A stretch of 64,000 nt of DNA, from assembly GCA_964566535.1 (NCBI GenBank), contig CAZMIO010000002.1, positions 136,905 through 200,904 on the forward strand. The letters run 5' to 3'. Made by a program: the position numbers and the translations under genes. Shown here piece after piece: positions 10,320-18,885 of the stretch (the stretch's first letter is position 1; every line of letters begins with the position of its first letter). The notes below the pieces were generated by a model. The model was not told where the DNA came from. It saw nothing but the letters and a program-made list of their open reading frames with translations, and searched no databases. The DNA comes from an uncultured Methanosarcinales archaeon (GTDB lineage: Archaea > Nanobdellota > Nanobdellia > Woesearchaeales > CAZOXR01).

Positions 10320-10667
10320 ATGCCGATAAAAAACAAGACAAAAAACAAAATTTTAGTCAATAAGTTAAGATTCTGCAACAATTTCTTAAATAAATCAATA
10401 GGATTAATCTTCCACAAAAAACTAATTGACAAGGGATTAGTATTCCCCTACAAAAAAGATAAAAAGGTCCCATTACACATGATCTTTGTTTTCTTCCCAA
10501 TAGACATCATCTACTTAGACAAAGAAAAAAAAGTCATCGAAATAAAAGAAAACTTCAAACCGTTCACTTTCTACACTCCAAAAAATAAATCAAGATATGT
10601 TCTTGAGCTCCCAGAAAACACAATCAAAAAAACCAAAACAGAGATCGGAGACATACTCTCCTTCTAA
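10320..10667 (+). CDS. DUF192 family protein
   Basis: GLIF...LHMIFVFFPIDIIYLD...YVLELP...IGDIL is the DUF192 pattern. Confidence 0.88.
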   Translation: MPIKNKTKNKILVNKLRFCNNFLNKSIGLIFHKKLIDKGLVFPYKKDKKVPLHMIFVFFPIDIIYLDKEKKVIEIKENFKPFTFYTPKNKSRYVLELPENTIKKTKTEIGDILSF

Positions 10668-10688
10668 CAAAATAAAAAAATAAGAATA

Positions 10689-10696
10689 TTTATATA
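10689..10696 (+). promoter_or_regulatory. TATA box of tRNA-Trp gene
   Basis: TTTATATA about 27 nt upstream of the tRNA 5' end. Confidence 0.6.
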
Positions 10697-10723
10697 ATGA
10701 CCCCCTCCCCTAAAAACAACAGT

Positions 10724-10839
10724 GGGGACATAGTATAACTTGGCTAGTATAGATGGCTCCAGTCTTGGAGCGATGAGGCACTGCCGATGATTACCAAGGG
10801 CTACACCGTCGGATTTGGGTTCAAATCCCAATGTCCCCA
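10724..10839 (+). tRNA. trnW: tRNA-Trp (CCA) with about 42-nt intron at canonical 37/38 position (approx. 10763-10804)
   Basis: Acceptor stem GGGGACA/TGTCCCC, anticodon stem GATGG/CCGTC with loop CT-CCA-G|A, T arm TTGGG-TTCAAAT-CCCAA. CCA end not encoded. Confidence 0.92.
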
Positions 10840-10846
10840 TCTCTCC

Positions 10847-11029
10847 TTAAGATAAGCTTTCAAATTTTTGAATATTTTTTTGATTTCTGGAACCAACAAT
10901 CTTAAAAAAACTCTTAGCATGCTTGTTCCTCATAACAACATCATAAGTACAATAATGCTTATCTTTATTTTCGGTTAAAAATGATCGAATGCCCAATAAA
11001 CTTAAACTATTTGAAATCTCTTCAGCAAA
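10847..11029 (-). pseudogene. C-terminal remnant of a LAGLIDADG-like homing endonuclease, convergent on tRNA-Trp
   Basis: Open frame without an N-terminal start: FAEEISNSLSLLGIRSFLTENKDKHYCTYDVVMRNKHAKSFFKIVGSRNQKNIQKFESLS*. The L..LGI / Y.V.. / FF..VGS.N pattern resembles LAGLIDADG C-termini. Confidence 0.5.
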
Positions 11030-11060
11030 GTTTATATAATTCTCAACTAAATATCAATTC

Positions 11061-12227
11061 ATGTCAAAGAAACATTCTCTAGAAGCAATAGCAACATTAG
11101 TCGGAATGACAATTGGCGCAGGTATTCTTGCTATCCCATTTGTCGTTGTCAAAGCAGGGTTCCTCACAGGTCTTCTCAATATTGTCATTTTAGGAATTGC
11201 CACCCTAGTAATCAACCTTTACATGGGAGAGATTTCATTAAGAACAAAACAGAGTCATCAAATGACCGGTTATGCAGATATTTATCTAGGAAAGGCAGGA
11301 AGGAAGATTATGGTTCTTTCAATGATCTTTGGAATGTATGGGGCACTAATAGCATACACAATCAAAGAAGGAGAATTCCTCTCAAAACTACTTGGCCCAT
11401 TCCTAGGAGGCAACCCCTTAATCTACTCCATAGCCTTCTTCATAATTGGAAGTTACCTAATATACAGAGGTCTTGCCGCAATAGAAAAGAGCGAACTAAT
11501 AATGGTGGGACTAATCTTAGTAATCATATTAATATTCATCATAGTAGGGTACCCCTCAATAAATATCAACAACCTAATCAGTTTTGACATCAAAAATATA
11601 TTCATCCCTTATGGAGTTGTCCTATTTGCATTTATGGGGGTAGTAGCCGTTCCCGAAATGAATGAAGAACTTCAAAAAAATAAAAAATATCTAAAGAAAT
11701 CTATCATAACAGGAACCTTAATTTCCATGGTCATCTACATAATATTTGCCTTAATTGTCATAGGAATAACTGGCCAAGAAAACATGACAGACGGTGCAGT
11801 TATTGGTTTAGGAAAAGTACTTGGTAACAACGTATTATTATTTGGTCTTTTTTTCGGAATCCTAACAATGGCAACATCATTCATAGCCATAGGATTAGCA
11901 CTTAAAGAAATGTACAGATTCGACTTCAAACTAAAAGAAAAACTATCCACCTCATTAACATGCCTCATCCCATTAGTAGCGTCCGCAATAATCATCTTAA
12001 CAAAAATAGACAATTCTTTTTTCAAAGTGATAGATATCACCGGTGCAATATCGGGTGGCTCAATTGGCATCCTTGTTGTCCTTATGTATTGGAAAGCAAA
12101 AGAAGTAGGGAAAAGAAATCCAGAATATTCAATCAACAAAAATAACATCGTAGGATTTCTACTAATATTAATGTTCCTAGCAGGGATAGTCTACGAACTT
12201 TTCATAATAACTAGTTCAATAATATAG
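11061..12227 (+). CDS. Aromatic amino acid (Trp/Tyr, HAAAP-like) permease
   Basis: TLVGMTIGAGILAIP N-terminal motif, about 11 TM helices, PYGVVLFAF and ATSF motifs. Confidence 0.85.
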   Translation: MSKKHSLEAIATLVGMTIGAGILAIPFVVVKAGFLTGLLNIVILGIATLVINLYMGEISLRTKQSHQMTGYADIYLGKAGRKIMVLSMIFGMYGALIAYTIKEGEFLSKLLGPFLGGNPLIYSIAFFIIGSYLIYRGLAAIEKSELIMVGLILVIILIFIIVGYPSININNLISFDIKNIFIPYGVVLFAFMGVVAVPEMNEELQKNKKYLKKSIITGTLISMVIYIIFALIVIGITGQENMTDGAVIGLGKVLGNNVLLFGLFFGILTMATSFIAIGLALKEMYRFDFKLKEKLSTSLTCLIPLVASAIIILTKIDNSFFKVIDITGAISGGSIGILVVLMYWKAKEVGKRNPEYSINKNNIVGFLLILMFLAGIVYELFIITSSII

Positions 12228-12243
12228 CAAAGAGCACACAATA

Positions 12244-14424
12244 CTATTTCTTCTTTTTCTTAGAACCAACCTTATTGTTGCCCTCATTTTTCTTCTTATT
12301 TTCTTCACCCAAGAACAACTTAGTTACCTTCTTGTTATACTTAATCATCAAAATAAATATTATCAGTAGCACAACACCAAGAACAATATAATAGAGATAG
12401 GTAACAAAGAACTCATTTATCACTTCATTAAACTGAAAAAAAGAGTAAGTTAACGCTCCAATAATAATTACTGCAATAAGAACAATATATACTACCCCTA
12501 TAATCTTCTTAAAAATCCCAGTAGATTTTTTCTTTGTATCTTTTATCTGTTTTACCTTCTCTTTTTTCAACTCTTTAACTGCCTCAATTTTTTCTTCTTT
12601 CTTAACTTCTTTAATCTCCTTAACCACTAGCTTGCCCTTCTTAATTTCCTTCACTTTCTTTTTCTTCTTCTTTTTTCTTTTCACAAAAAACATAACAAGT
12701 GGAATCAATACAACTACCACAACAATCAAAGTATAAATATAATATTGGTACCAAAATAAAAAATGTAATACTCCATCCAAAACATTCAACAAACTCAACA
12801 GATAATATACTGCAATAATCAAAGCCAAAAATAAAACAGCCATCAGGATTCTAAAAACTAATTTTTTGTTTTTCTTATTCAACTTAATTTTTTTGATAAT
12901 GTTATTTTTTTTGATAATACTAATCTTCTTCTTGTTCCTAGAAATAAATATGTAACTAACTACAACCAAGAATATAATCCCTAACATAATGCCTAAATTC
13001 TTATCAAAAAACTCACTAATATTCTTAAAAGGTATCTCTTCCCTCAGCTTCAGAATAACTACCTTAGACTGAGAATAATCTTTTGAATTAATATTAATCC
13101 TAACAACATAATCGCCCTCAGTAACAGCACCTCCTTCAGTAGCATTCCCATCAGTAACATCCGTAACATCGCCCCCCCCAATCCCCAAGATCAAATTTAA
13201 TTTAACTTCATCTCCTGGCTTCAGTGATACACTCTCAATCTCAGGACTCACCCATTCGGGGCCATCAACATCAATCGAGTAATCAGTTACAATCTCACCT
13301 TCATTCTTAATTGTAAAAGGGACCAACTCAGAACTATAATCAATCGTAACTTGTTTATCAGCAAAAATCTTAGCCCTAAAACATTTCTCAGTTGGAATAA
13401 AACCTATATTCAGTTCGTCACTCATCTTAACGGCTGAATCGCTCTCTAAAAACCCAGTTACTTTAACCTGAGTTCTCTTAAGCTCGTTACAAGGGGGCTC
13501 AAAACTAAGATTTAATGATCTGCTCTCAGAAGGGCCTAACCTCACACTCTCCCCACCATTAACCTCGGCATAAAAGGGTTCAATCAGAAAATCAATAGTC
13601 TCATTAAACCTACCATTATTCTCTAAGATAATCTCATAATTCTTAGGCTCACAACCGCAAATCTCATCTTCATTTTCAAATATATCTAGACCAACACCAT
13701 AACATTCCCCAACACCAAAATGTAATGGAAATGTTTTCTCAACCTTCCCAACTTTATTAACAACACTAAAATCTATTTCAAACTCTCCCTCAACATCTTC
13801 CTCGGGAAATAAGCTTAAATAAACTACTCCCCTCTGATCTTTTGCTAATTTCAGTCTCTTACCAGACAATTTAGACCAATCTGCTCCATCTATATCAAAA
13901 TTATATTCATTCTCAACACCAAGATTAGTCAACAAGATAGGAACAGCAGCCTTCTCTCCAGTACACAATGAGTAATTACCTTCAAAAGTCCTAAATGTAG
14001 CCTTGCTCTTCTCGCTACCTATTGGTATCTCTTCTCCAAACTTCACATCATAACCATAACAAGAATCAAGATTTAGATTAAGAGGAATGCTACTCGTCTT
14101 TTGGCTTTTTAGGGCTTCAACAACTACATTAATTCTATGACTTCCTGTCAAGTCACAAGGAATATCTAATGTAACAGTTATTGCCTTACTTCCCCCCTTA
14201 AGAACTAAAACACTCTCCTCACTAATAGAGATAAAATCACTAAATTTGTCCACACTAATGTTATAATTCTCAGAAAAATCATTTGTATTCCTTATAGAGA
14301 ACTTATAATCTATACTTTGACAATTACAAAGAGGTTCTGCCCCATACCCAAAAGGCAATAGAACAAACAATAGGGACGATAATACTAATAGTAAGAAACC
14401 CTTTTTTATGTATGACATCATCAT
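12244..14424 (-). CDS. Membrane-anchored surface protein with Cys-bounded Ig-like repeats and multi-TM, Lys-rich C-terminus
   Basis: Signal peptide, about 4 repeats of I.N.G...Y.....L.PGE type ending in CY/CF, and about 5 TM helices separated by poly-Lys loops. Confidence 0.75.
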   Translation of the reverse strand: MMMSYIKKGFLLLVLSSLLFVLLPFGYGAEPLCNCQSIDYKFSIRNTNDFSENYNISVDKFSDFISISEESVLVLKGGSKAITVTLDIPCDLTGSHRINVVVEALKSQKTSSIPLNLNLDSCYGYDVKFGEEIPIGSEKSKATFRTFEGNYSLCTGEKAAVPILLTNLGVENEYNFDIDGADWSKLSGKRLKLAKDQRGVVYLSLFPEEDVEGEFEIDFSVVNKVGKVEKTFPLHFGVGECYGVGLDIFENEDEICGCEPKNYEIILENNGRFNETIDFLIEPFYAEVNGGESVRLGPSESRSLNLSFEPPCNELKRTQVKVTGFLESDSAVKMSDELNIGFIPTEKCFRAKIFADKQVTIDYSSELVPFTIKNEGEIVTDYSIDVDGPEWVSPEIESVSLKPGDEVKLNLILGIGGGDVTDVTDGNATEGGAVTEGDYVVRININSKDYSQSKVVILKLREEIPFKNISEFFDKNLGIMLGIIFLVVVSYIFISRNKKKISIIKKNNIIKKIKLNKKNKKLVFRILMAVLFLALIIAVYYLLSLLNVLDGVLHFLFWYQYYIYTLIVVVVVLIPLVMFFVKRKKKKKKKVKEIKKGKLVVKEIKEVKKEEKIEAVKELKKEKVKQIKDTKKKSTGIFKKIIGVVYIVLIAVIIIGALTYSFFQFNEVINEFFVTYLYYIVLGVVLLIIFILMIKYNKKVTKLFLGEENKKKNEGNNKVGSKKKKK

Positions 14425-14528
14425 TAAACACCTAATATATCTAAAACCCGCTTACGCTAACAGGTTAAGTTCAATTGAATCAAAACTCAAAGAAAAAAAA
14501 GTTAAAAAAAATAAAAAAGGTTTTTTAG

Positions 14529-15905
14529 TTAGTAATAGGTTTGACCGTCGTCTTTCTCTTGGTCTTCGTCGTCTCCCTTTAACTTATTGAAGCCGATTAT
14601 TAAACCTAAGATTACTAACAAAACAACAAGTACAATCAAGCCAATTTCCAAAGCTCTCTTAACCTTACTCCAAGCACTTGATCCTGCTGAAGCAGATTCT
14701 CCAACATTAGCTTTTAGAGGAACTTGCTCTAGTACTTTGTCGCCACTTGTAACTGAAACTGAAAACATTTGTTCTCCAGCTGTTGCGCCCTCACTTGCAG
14801 TTGCATAAACATATACTGATTTTGATTCACCAGCATCTAAAACAACAACATTTGATGGACTTACCTGGAATGTTCCCCAGTCAGCACCGTCAACATCAAC
14901 AACATAGGTTATTGAACTCTTACCTGTGTTTGTTAGTGTTACCGGATATAAAGCAGCAACTCCTTTTGTCACATCTTGTGTTTCAGGACCGATTGATATG
15001 ATTGTTTTACCTGAATCACTACCAATAACTTCTTGTCCTTCAACGCCTAAAACATGAATTGTTTCGGTTTCTGTTATTTCTGAGTCACCATCTTCAAAGG
15101 TAACTTCAACAACAACATCGTAATCCCCTGTTTCAGCATCTTCTGGTATTCTTAGATAAAGTGTACCGCTTGTAATTGAATCATCACAATCGTCACTTGT
15201 ACAATCTTCTTTATCTACTTCGTCAATGAAGTCAGAAGCACTAACTCCTAATTCAGGAATACTTGCTTTAACCTTAACATCTTCTTCATCATTTTCTCCC
15301 CTGTTCTTAACTCTAGCACTAACTAGTAATGTTCTACCAGCTTTAACTGTGTTCTCAGGGCTTAGAATGATATCTCTTACTTCTAATAGATGATCTGTTG
15401 CATCAATTCTTAATTTGTAGAAATAAGTCTTTGAATTTGTGTTTGTATCAACTCTAATCTTTAATGAATAAACTCCTTGTTCCATTCTTGCTGGAAGCTC
15501 TAAATCGAATCTTTCATCATAGATGTCTCCCATCTTAGCTGTAAATTCCTTTGAAACTTCGCTTATTCTATCGTTGTTATGTCCGTCGCTTGTTAGAGTT
15601 GCTTCAACAACAACACCACCTAGGCTAGCCGGATTGCTTGTAGCAGCAGCTTTTCTTAAAAACTGAAGTGTTACTAAAACATCTAATTCGTCAGTCTTCT
15701 CAATGTTCTTTCTGTCTACATTTTGGTTTAACCTTACATCATTTACTTCAACACCAACTTTGATATCCCTTACTGAATCAAAGCTTTGTCTATCTTGAAG
15801 TTCAGCTCCAAAAACAGCAACAGAACTAGCTACCATACTTACTATAAATAGCATCAAAACACAAATCATTTTTAATTTATTTTTCATTTTTCTTATTACC
15901 CCCAA
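14529..15905 (-). CDS. Putative S-layer/CARDB-like surface protein (start may be at MKNK, about 15887)
   Basis: Signal peptide, Ig-like V.N.G.N.E.DV domains, a single C-terminal TM helix and a short acidic tail. Confidence 0.75.
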   Translation of the reverse strand: MGVIRKMKNKLKMICVLMLFIVSMVASSVAVFGAELQDRQSFDSVRDIKVGVEVNDVRLNQNVDRKNIEKTDELDVLVTLQFLRKAAATSNPASLGGVVVEATLTSDGHNNDRISEVSKEFTAKMGDIYDERFDLELPARMEQGVYSLKIRVDTNTNSKTYFYKLRIDATDHLLEVRDIILSPENTVKAGRTLLVSARVKNRGENDEEDVKVKASIPELGVSASDFIDEVDKEDCTSDDCDDSITSGTLYLRIPEDAETGDYDVVVEVTFEDGDSEITETETIHVLGVEGQEVIGSDSGKTIISIGPETQDVTKGVAALYPVTLTNTGKSSITYVVDVDGADWGTFQVSPSNVVVLDAGESKSVYVYATASEGATAGEQMFSVSVTSGDKVLEQVPLKANVGESASAGSSAWSKVKRALEIGLIVLVVLLVILGLIIGFNKLKGDDEDQEKDDGQTYY

Positions 15906-16086
15906 CTAAATTGGTATATATTAATATGTTATTAAAGGCTAGTTAACCCAATCCACTATATAAATATTTCGCTTTTTGAGTATACTAGAGTAGTTACTCA
16001 CTATAACTATCCCATAGTTATAATAACCCTTATCCTTCGTAGAAATATGAAATTATTTAAATATTTAACTGAAATTCCCCTGATTA

Positions 16087-17187
16087 ATGACAAGTATCTC
16101 AATAATTGGAGCAGGCCCAATAGGTAGCTATACTGCCCAGTTACTATCAAAAAAAGGATTCCAGGTAAATCTGATAGAAGAGCACAAGGAGATAGGAACT
16201 CCAATTCAGTGTACTGGAATTTTAACCTCTTCAATAAAAAAAGTCCTAAAACTAAAAAAAGACCTCATCCTAAATAAATTAAATAATATCGAAGTAGTAG
16301 CCCCAAACAAGACCTCAATCAGTTTCAACCTAAAAGAAGAAGAATTTATCATAGATAGACAAAAATTTGACCACTATATATACAATAAAGCAATTGACGG
16401 AGAAACAACCCCTTACCTAAACCACAGATATATGAACATGAAAGGTAACAACATCACAATAAGAGACCTAAAAAATAAAAAAATAAAGAATATCAAAACA
16501 GACATCCTAATTGGAGCTGATGGCCCATTAAGTCAAGTGGCAAAAACATCAGGCCTATTTAACAACAGAAAGTTCTTATTAGGCATTCAAGCCAGGATAA
16601 AGACAAAAAACGACCCCTCCACCTACAAAACCTTCTTTGGTAAAAACTTCCCAAATTTCTTTGGATGGTTCGTCCCAGAATCAAAAGACATAGCAAGAGT
16701 AGGCCTAGCTGCACATAACAACTCAAAATTCCATTTCGAAAACTTCATAAAAAAATTCAAAGGAAAGATAATCGAAAAACAGGCAGGATTAATCCCTATA
16801 CATAACAGCAAAATAAAAACCCAAAAAAACAACACATTCCTTGTAGGGGATGCTGCCTGCCAAACCAAAAACACCACCGGAGGAGGAATCATCCCAGGAT
16901 TAATCTGCTCAAAAGCATTAACAAGCTCAATAACAAACAACCTGGACTACGAAAAAGAGTGGAGAAAGAAGATTGGAAGCCAACTTTTCATCCACAAGAA
17001 AATAAGGGAAACACTTGATAATTTCTCAGATAAAGATTATAATTATCTAATCAAATTATTATCAAACAAAAAAACAAAGCGGGTTATTGAATCAAATAGC
17101 AGAGAATCGCCTTCAAAACTAATATCTCACCTTCTACTTACAGAACCTAAACTATTACTCTTCATGAAAAATCTAAAATTGTTCTAA
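16087..17187 (+). CDS. Geranylgeranyl reductase family FAD-dependent oxidoreductase
   Basis: IIGAGPIG, PIQCTG, IDRQKFD, IGADG, FGWFVP, LVGDAA..TGGGI motifs. Confidence 0.9.
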   Translation: MTSISIIGAGPIGSYTAQLLSKKGFQVNLIEEHKEIGTPIQCTGILTSSIKKVLKLKKDLILNKLNNIEVVAPNKTSISFNLKEEEFIIDRQKFDHYIYNKAIDGETTPYLNHRYMNMKGNNITIRDLKNKKIKNIKTDILIGADGPLSQVAKTSGLFNNRKFLLGIQARIKTKNDPSTYKTFFGKNFPNFFGWFVPESKDIARVGLAAHNNSKFHFENFIKKFKGKIIEKQAGLIPIHNSKIKTQKNNTFLVGDAACQTKNTTGGGIIPGLICSKALTSSITNNLDYEKEWRKKIGSQLFIHKKIRETLDNFSDKDYNYLIKLLSNKKTKRVIESNSRESPSKLISHLLLTEPKLLLFMKNLKLF

Positions 17188-17195
17188 ACACGTTC

Positions 17196-18635
17196 CTAAA
17201 AAAAGTCTTTAGTAAAGAATTTCAAGAATCTAAATGACTTAAATACATCTATTGTCGTCCTAACCGGGGCATCCCTAAAGTTTTTCAGCCAGATCTTAAC
17301 CAAAAAGTATCTCTGCTTACTTTTATTCTTAAACCATATTTTTTTAAAATCTTCAAGCTTAATATCTTCATCAAGAAGGGGAGGATCCTCCTGATTAAAA
17401 TGAGAAAGTTTACTCCAATCCATATCTTCACTTACTATCCCTCTCTCTTTTGCAATCCTCCATATCTCTGTACCTGGGAAAGGAGTCATCGTAAATGACC
17501 ATATGTGGCTTACTTTATTCTTTATACAAAAATCAATGAACTCAAGAGTCTTTTCCATATCTTCGATTTTCTCCCCAGGACTCGCAAAGATAATACTTCC
17601 AGTTACACTAATTCCATGCTTCCTAGCAAGTATTATTGCATTTTTATGTTGATCAAGTGTAACTGAATTCTTCTTCAAGAAAGCCAACATCCTAGGACTA
17701 CCACTCTCAAATCCAAAATTCAATTCATACACGCCAAGTTCCTTAAGAAGTACGCATACTTCTTCATCTATAGTATTTGATCTAGCTAAACACTCGTATC
17801 TTATTTTCCCTAATAGTCCCCTTTCCTTAAGTAAATCAATAATCTCCCTTAGCCTCTGTTTATTTATTGTAAACAAATCATCCCAAATCCCAATCATAAT
17901 AGCCCCATAATCATTATACCACATCTCAATCTCATCAACAACCCTCTTAGCTGAAAAGAACCTTATCTTATTCCCCCAAAAGTTGGTTGTCGAACAAAAA
18001 ACACAATCATAAGGGCATCCTCTCGATGTCATAATTACAACAGCATTTATTTTTTTGCCCCTCTCATACCTGGGCATTACATTCAATTTAGCAAACTCAG
18101 GAAGAGGCATCGGAATCTTATCAAGCGGCGTTATCAACTCCCGCCCCACATTAATCTTAATCTCTCCTTCTTTATGATAAACTATCCCTTTAATAGATTG
18201 AAGTTTAGTATAATCCTCCTCCTTATTCTGATGAATATAACTAAACAATTCAAGTAAAGTCTCCTCTCCTTCCCCCATAACCCCATAATCAAAAACTAAT
18301 TTGAAAGAACTAGGCAAAGTTGAAATATGAACTCCCCCAATTAAAATTTTACAATCTTTGATAGCTTCATTTTGCCTTATCGCTTTAGCTATCTCAATTG
18401 CCTTCCCATAAAAAACAGTCATCGCTGACAAACCAACAATGTCTGGCTTCATCTCTACTATTTTTTTAATATAGTCTTCGACAGGAATATCAGATTGAGT
18501 GATAAAGCCCCCAAACTCATTCAAGCTAACAATTCCTATGTCCTTAAAATCACTATGTTGTTTAATATAAGAGGCTAAACTAATAATACCGTAAGCCTCA
18601 GCTCCGTCAGATACATTAACTAATGCAATTTTCAT
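17196..18635 (-). CDS. B12-binding domain radical SAM protein
   Basis: N-terminal cobalamin-binding domain (PDIVGLS, GGVHIS, GEGE), SRGCPYDCVFC CxxxCxxC motif, GFESGS, TPFPGT. Confidence 0.92.
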   Translation of the reverse strand: MKIALVNVSDGAEAYGIISLASYIKQHSDFKDIGIVSLNEFGGFITQSDIPVEDYIKKIVEMKPDIVGLSAMTVFYGKAIEIAKAIRQNEAIKDCKILIGGVHISTLPSSFKLVFDYGVMGEGEETLLELFSYIHQNKEEDYTKLQSIKGIVYHKEGEIKINVGRELITPLDKIPMPLPEFAKLNVMPRYERGKKINAVVIMTSRGCPYDCVFCSTTNFWGNKIRFFSAKRVVDEIEMWYNDYGAIMIGIWDDLFTINKQRLREIIDLLKERGLLGKIRYECLARSNTIDEEVCVLLKELGVYELNFGFESGSPRMLAFLKKNSVTLDQHKNAIILARKHGISVTGSIIFASPGEKIEDMEKTLEFIDFCIKNKVSHIWSFTMTPFPGTEIWRIAKERGIVSEDMDWSKLSHFNQEDPPLLDEDIKLEDFKKIWFKNKSKQRYFLVKIWLKNFRDAPVRTTIDVFKSFRFLKFFTKDFF

Positions 18636-18672
18636 TATTCTACCACCAAAAACTAATCGGTTTTATAAAATT

Positions 18673-18853
18673 TGTCAAAAATCGAGATTTTTGAGCATGC
18701 TCAGAAATGTTTCATTTATGACATATCAAAAATCACCACGATTTTTGAGTATGCTCGGAAATCTATAGTTTCCGACATGTCAAAATACAACCAAGATAGG
18801 GCAAGTAAGAGGTAGTGGGGTTTTTGAGTATGTACAAAATCAAAAGATTTTTA
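18673..18853. repeat. Cluster of 5-6 tandem palindromic units (TCA-stem-loop-TGA) joined by GCATGC/CATA/GTATGC/CATG linkers
   Basis: TCAAAAATC-ga-GATTTTTGA gcatgc TCAGAAATG-ttt-CATTTATGA cata TCAAAAATC-accac-GATTTTTGA gtatgc TCGGAAA-tctatag-TTTCCGA catg TCAAAA-[36 nt]-TTTTGA gtatgt, then a degenerate unit. Confidence 0.85.
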
Positions 18854-18885
18854 TTAAGATTATTTTTCCCAATTAAAAGATTAGG

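Noticed and set aside
10724..12227. Functional link between tRNA-Trp and the adjacent aromatic amino acid permease (T-box-like control)
   Set aside because: The permease has its own TATA box about 20 nt before its ATG and no leader, so the adjacency is probably coincidental.
18673..18853. CRISPR array interpretation of the palindromic cluster
   Set aside because: No constant direct repeat with regular spacers, and no cas genes in the window.
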